Below, piece by piece: positions 62,411-64,000 of a DNA stretch of 64,000 nucleotides (positions within the stretch are counted from its first letter, which is position 1; every line of letters begins with the position of its first letter). The notes under the pieces were generated by a model that was given only the letters and a program-made list of their open reading frames with translations, ran no database searches and had not been told where the DNA came from. This DNA is from Vicugna vicugna (taxonomy: Eukaryota): contig MU057615.1 in the NCBI GenBank assembly GCA_013265495.1, positions 62,001 through 126,000 on the forward strand. Direction: 5' to 3'. A program made the position numbers and the translations under genes.

Positions 62411-63011
62411 CTCCCTGTTGTGGTGAGAATGTATTCTGTCTCCAAGGTGTTTAAGATGGAAGGGAAAGGTCAAGAAGTACTGAGGAGATTACTTCTGGGT
62501 CCCGACGAGTGTAACATTTGCTCACGCTGTGGGCTTAGGAGTGATTTTAGTGGATTCCATCTGTCATTTTAGCAGTGCTATTCGTGAGCTTAATGGAGCT
62601 CCTCTTCCATTCACGAAGCAAAGCATTTCATAGCCATCTCTGCAGGAAGCAATATTCAATGTGACCATAAATTTCCTTTTCACAGAGGAAAGAAACATTC
62701 TCCTTCAGTGACTGGGGGTGGCCACCCGGCCACAGCGTGAACACTTGGTGTAGGCACCAGGGCAGCCCTTCTCCCTCTCCCTGGGACCCCCCCCGCCATT
62801 CCGTTCTTTCACAAAGACTGATAAGGATTTTTCTTTCATTCTCCAGGGTATGCTCACCCTCACATTTATCTAGTCACTCAGAATCAAATGTTTGATTTTT
62901 CTTATTTCCACTGTCTTAATTCCATTGTCTTAAAATAATCACAACTTAGCTTACAGGCTTTTATCTTTTGAGTTAGAAATAAAAGATATATCTGAAAGTC
63001 CCCTCCTGTTG

Positions 63012-63154
63012 TCTTTCTTTTTTCTTTTTTTTAACATTTTTGGGGGGTGGGTAATTAGGTTTATTTATTTATTTTTGGAGGTGGTACTGAGGATTGAACC
63101 CAGGACCTCATGCGTGCTAAGAATGCAGCTCTACCACTGAGCTGCACCCTCCCC
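63012..63154 (-). mobile_element. Vic-1-type SINE
   Basis: gtaattaggtttatttatttatttttggaggtggtactgaggattgaacccaggacctcatgcgtgctaag...ctaccactgagctgcaccctcccc. Confidence 0.92.
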
Positions 63155-63516
63155 ACTGTTTTCTTTCCTACGACAGTGCCTGTTACAGCACCGGGGGGCT
63201 TTGGCTGCTGGGACACTGCCCTGCAGGTTGCAGAATGACAGCCCCCAACTAGGGGAGTGTGGAAAGGGGACTCCAAGCACTTCTCTGGGTTTGTGGGAGA
63301 ACAGCCTTACCACCGCCCAATTCTTCATTCTATCCCTTTGCTTCTAAAGTCTGAATGTGTTTACTTATAGATGAAGATTTATTGTAAAGTGAGTTTTTCA
63401 TTCCTGTCGGAGGAAAAATAGTCTCCATCAAAACACTGGGCTTGTGAGTTGTCAGGATTTTCTCTACCTTTGCAACTGTGTCCCCTCTGGAGGAATGAAG
63501 ATTAAAGGATGGTAAC

Positions 63517-63890
63517 TGTTGCAAAGTCCCAGCCTCTGTTCCCCAAATTGAAACCTGGAGGTAGAATTTTGGGTAAGACAGAGAAGAATAGCTTTACTTC
63601 CTTGCCAGACAAAGTCACAGCAGGCCGATGCCTTGACTGTGAGCCCTATTTGGGGATGGGTAGCAGGCAGTTTCACAGTGAGAGTCCAGGGGACAGAGCT
63701 TCTGATCAACATCCGTGGACGTGCAGGGGCTGCATTCTTCCCTCCCTGACACAGCTGCCGTGGCGTCAAGAAGACCTGGTGACTGGGGACAGGGCCTCCA
63801 GTTTGTGCGGCTGTCAGACCGTGTCCTCCTCCTTCTCCAGCAGGCCTTGGTCTGCTGTTTGTCTTCTGCACCAGGAGCTGACGACTCACA
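63517..63890 (-). mobile_element. Probable ERV1-class LTR
   Basis: Starts tgttgc, followed by gaattttgggtaagacagagaagaatagctttacttccttgccag, similar to cetartiodactyl LTRs; right end uncertain. Confidence 0.6.
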
Positions 63891-64000
63891 GCGCCAGATA
63901 TTTCCGTGCCTGGAGCAAAGGGTGCCTAAGGAGGAGGGTGAGTGCTATAAGGGAGAGAGAGAGAAACATGTGCCCTTGAGAATCAGACTAGGATGTGCTT

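Noticed and set aside
4640..63154. tRNA-like sequences with A/B boxes (five copies)
   Set aside because: They have SINE tails and in some cases TSDs, and they are diverged from each other; they are SINEs, not tRNA genes.
63509..63979. 156-aa ORF
   Set aside because: It lies mostly within a probable LTR and has no protein similarity I can recognise.
1..64000. CRISPR arrays, operons or prokaryotic defence systems
   Set aside because: There are no regularly spaced direct repeats or gene-dense ORFs; the sequence is mammalian, repeat-rich and largely non-coding.

Overview
This is mammalian nuclear DNA, very probably camelid (alpaca/llama/camel), because it carries five copies of a tRNA-derived SINE matching the camelid Vic-1 type. 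It is not a prokaryotic locus, and I can identify no intact protein-coding gene, rRNA, true tRNA or CRISPR array. The window is dominated by interspersed repeats: old and lineage-specific L1 fragments, MIR/L2, a hAT-type MER58 element, and a dense set of about 16 LTRs. Several LTRs have TG...CA ends and 4-bp target-site duplications (TSDs), and one is nested inside another. About 13 of 16 LTRs, most L1 3' ends and 4 of 5 SINEs lie on the minus strand, which suggests the window is inside a + strand transcription unit. In the unique DNA there are several + strand exon-like segments with AG/GT boundaries. Five of them join into an uninterrupted frame of about 188 codons, while others carry stops. 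I cannot assign them to a known gene; they may be a decayed or unannotated gene, lncRNA exons, or chance. Repeat family names are from recalled consensus similarity, not from a database search.
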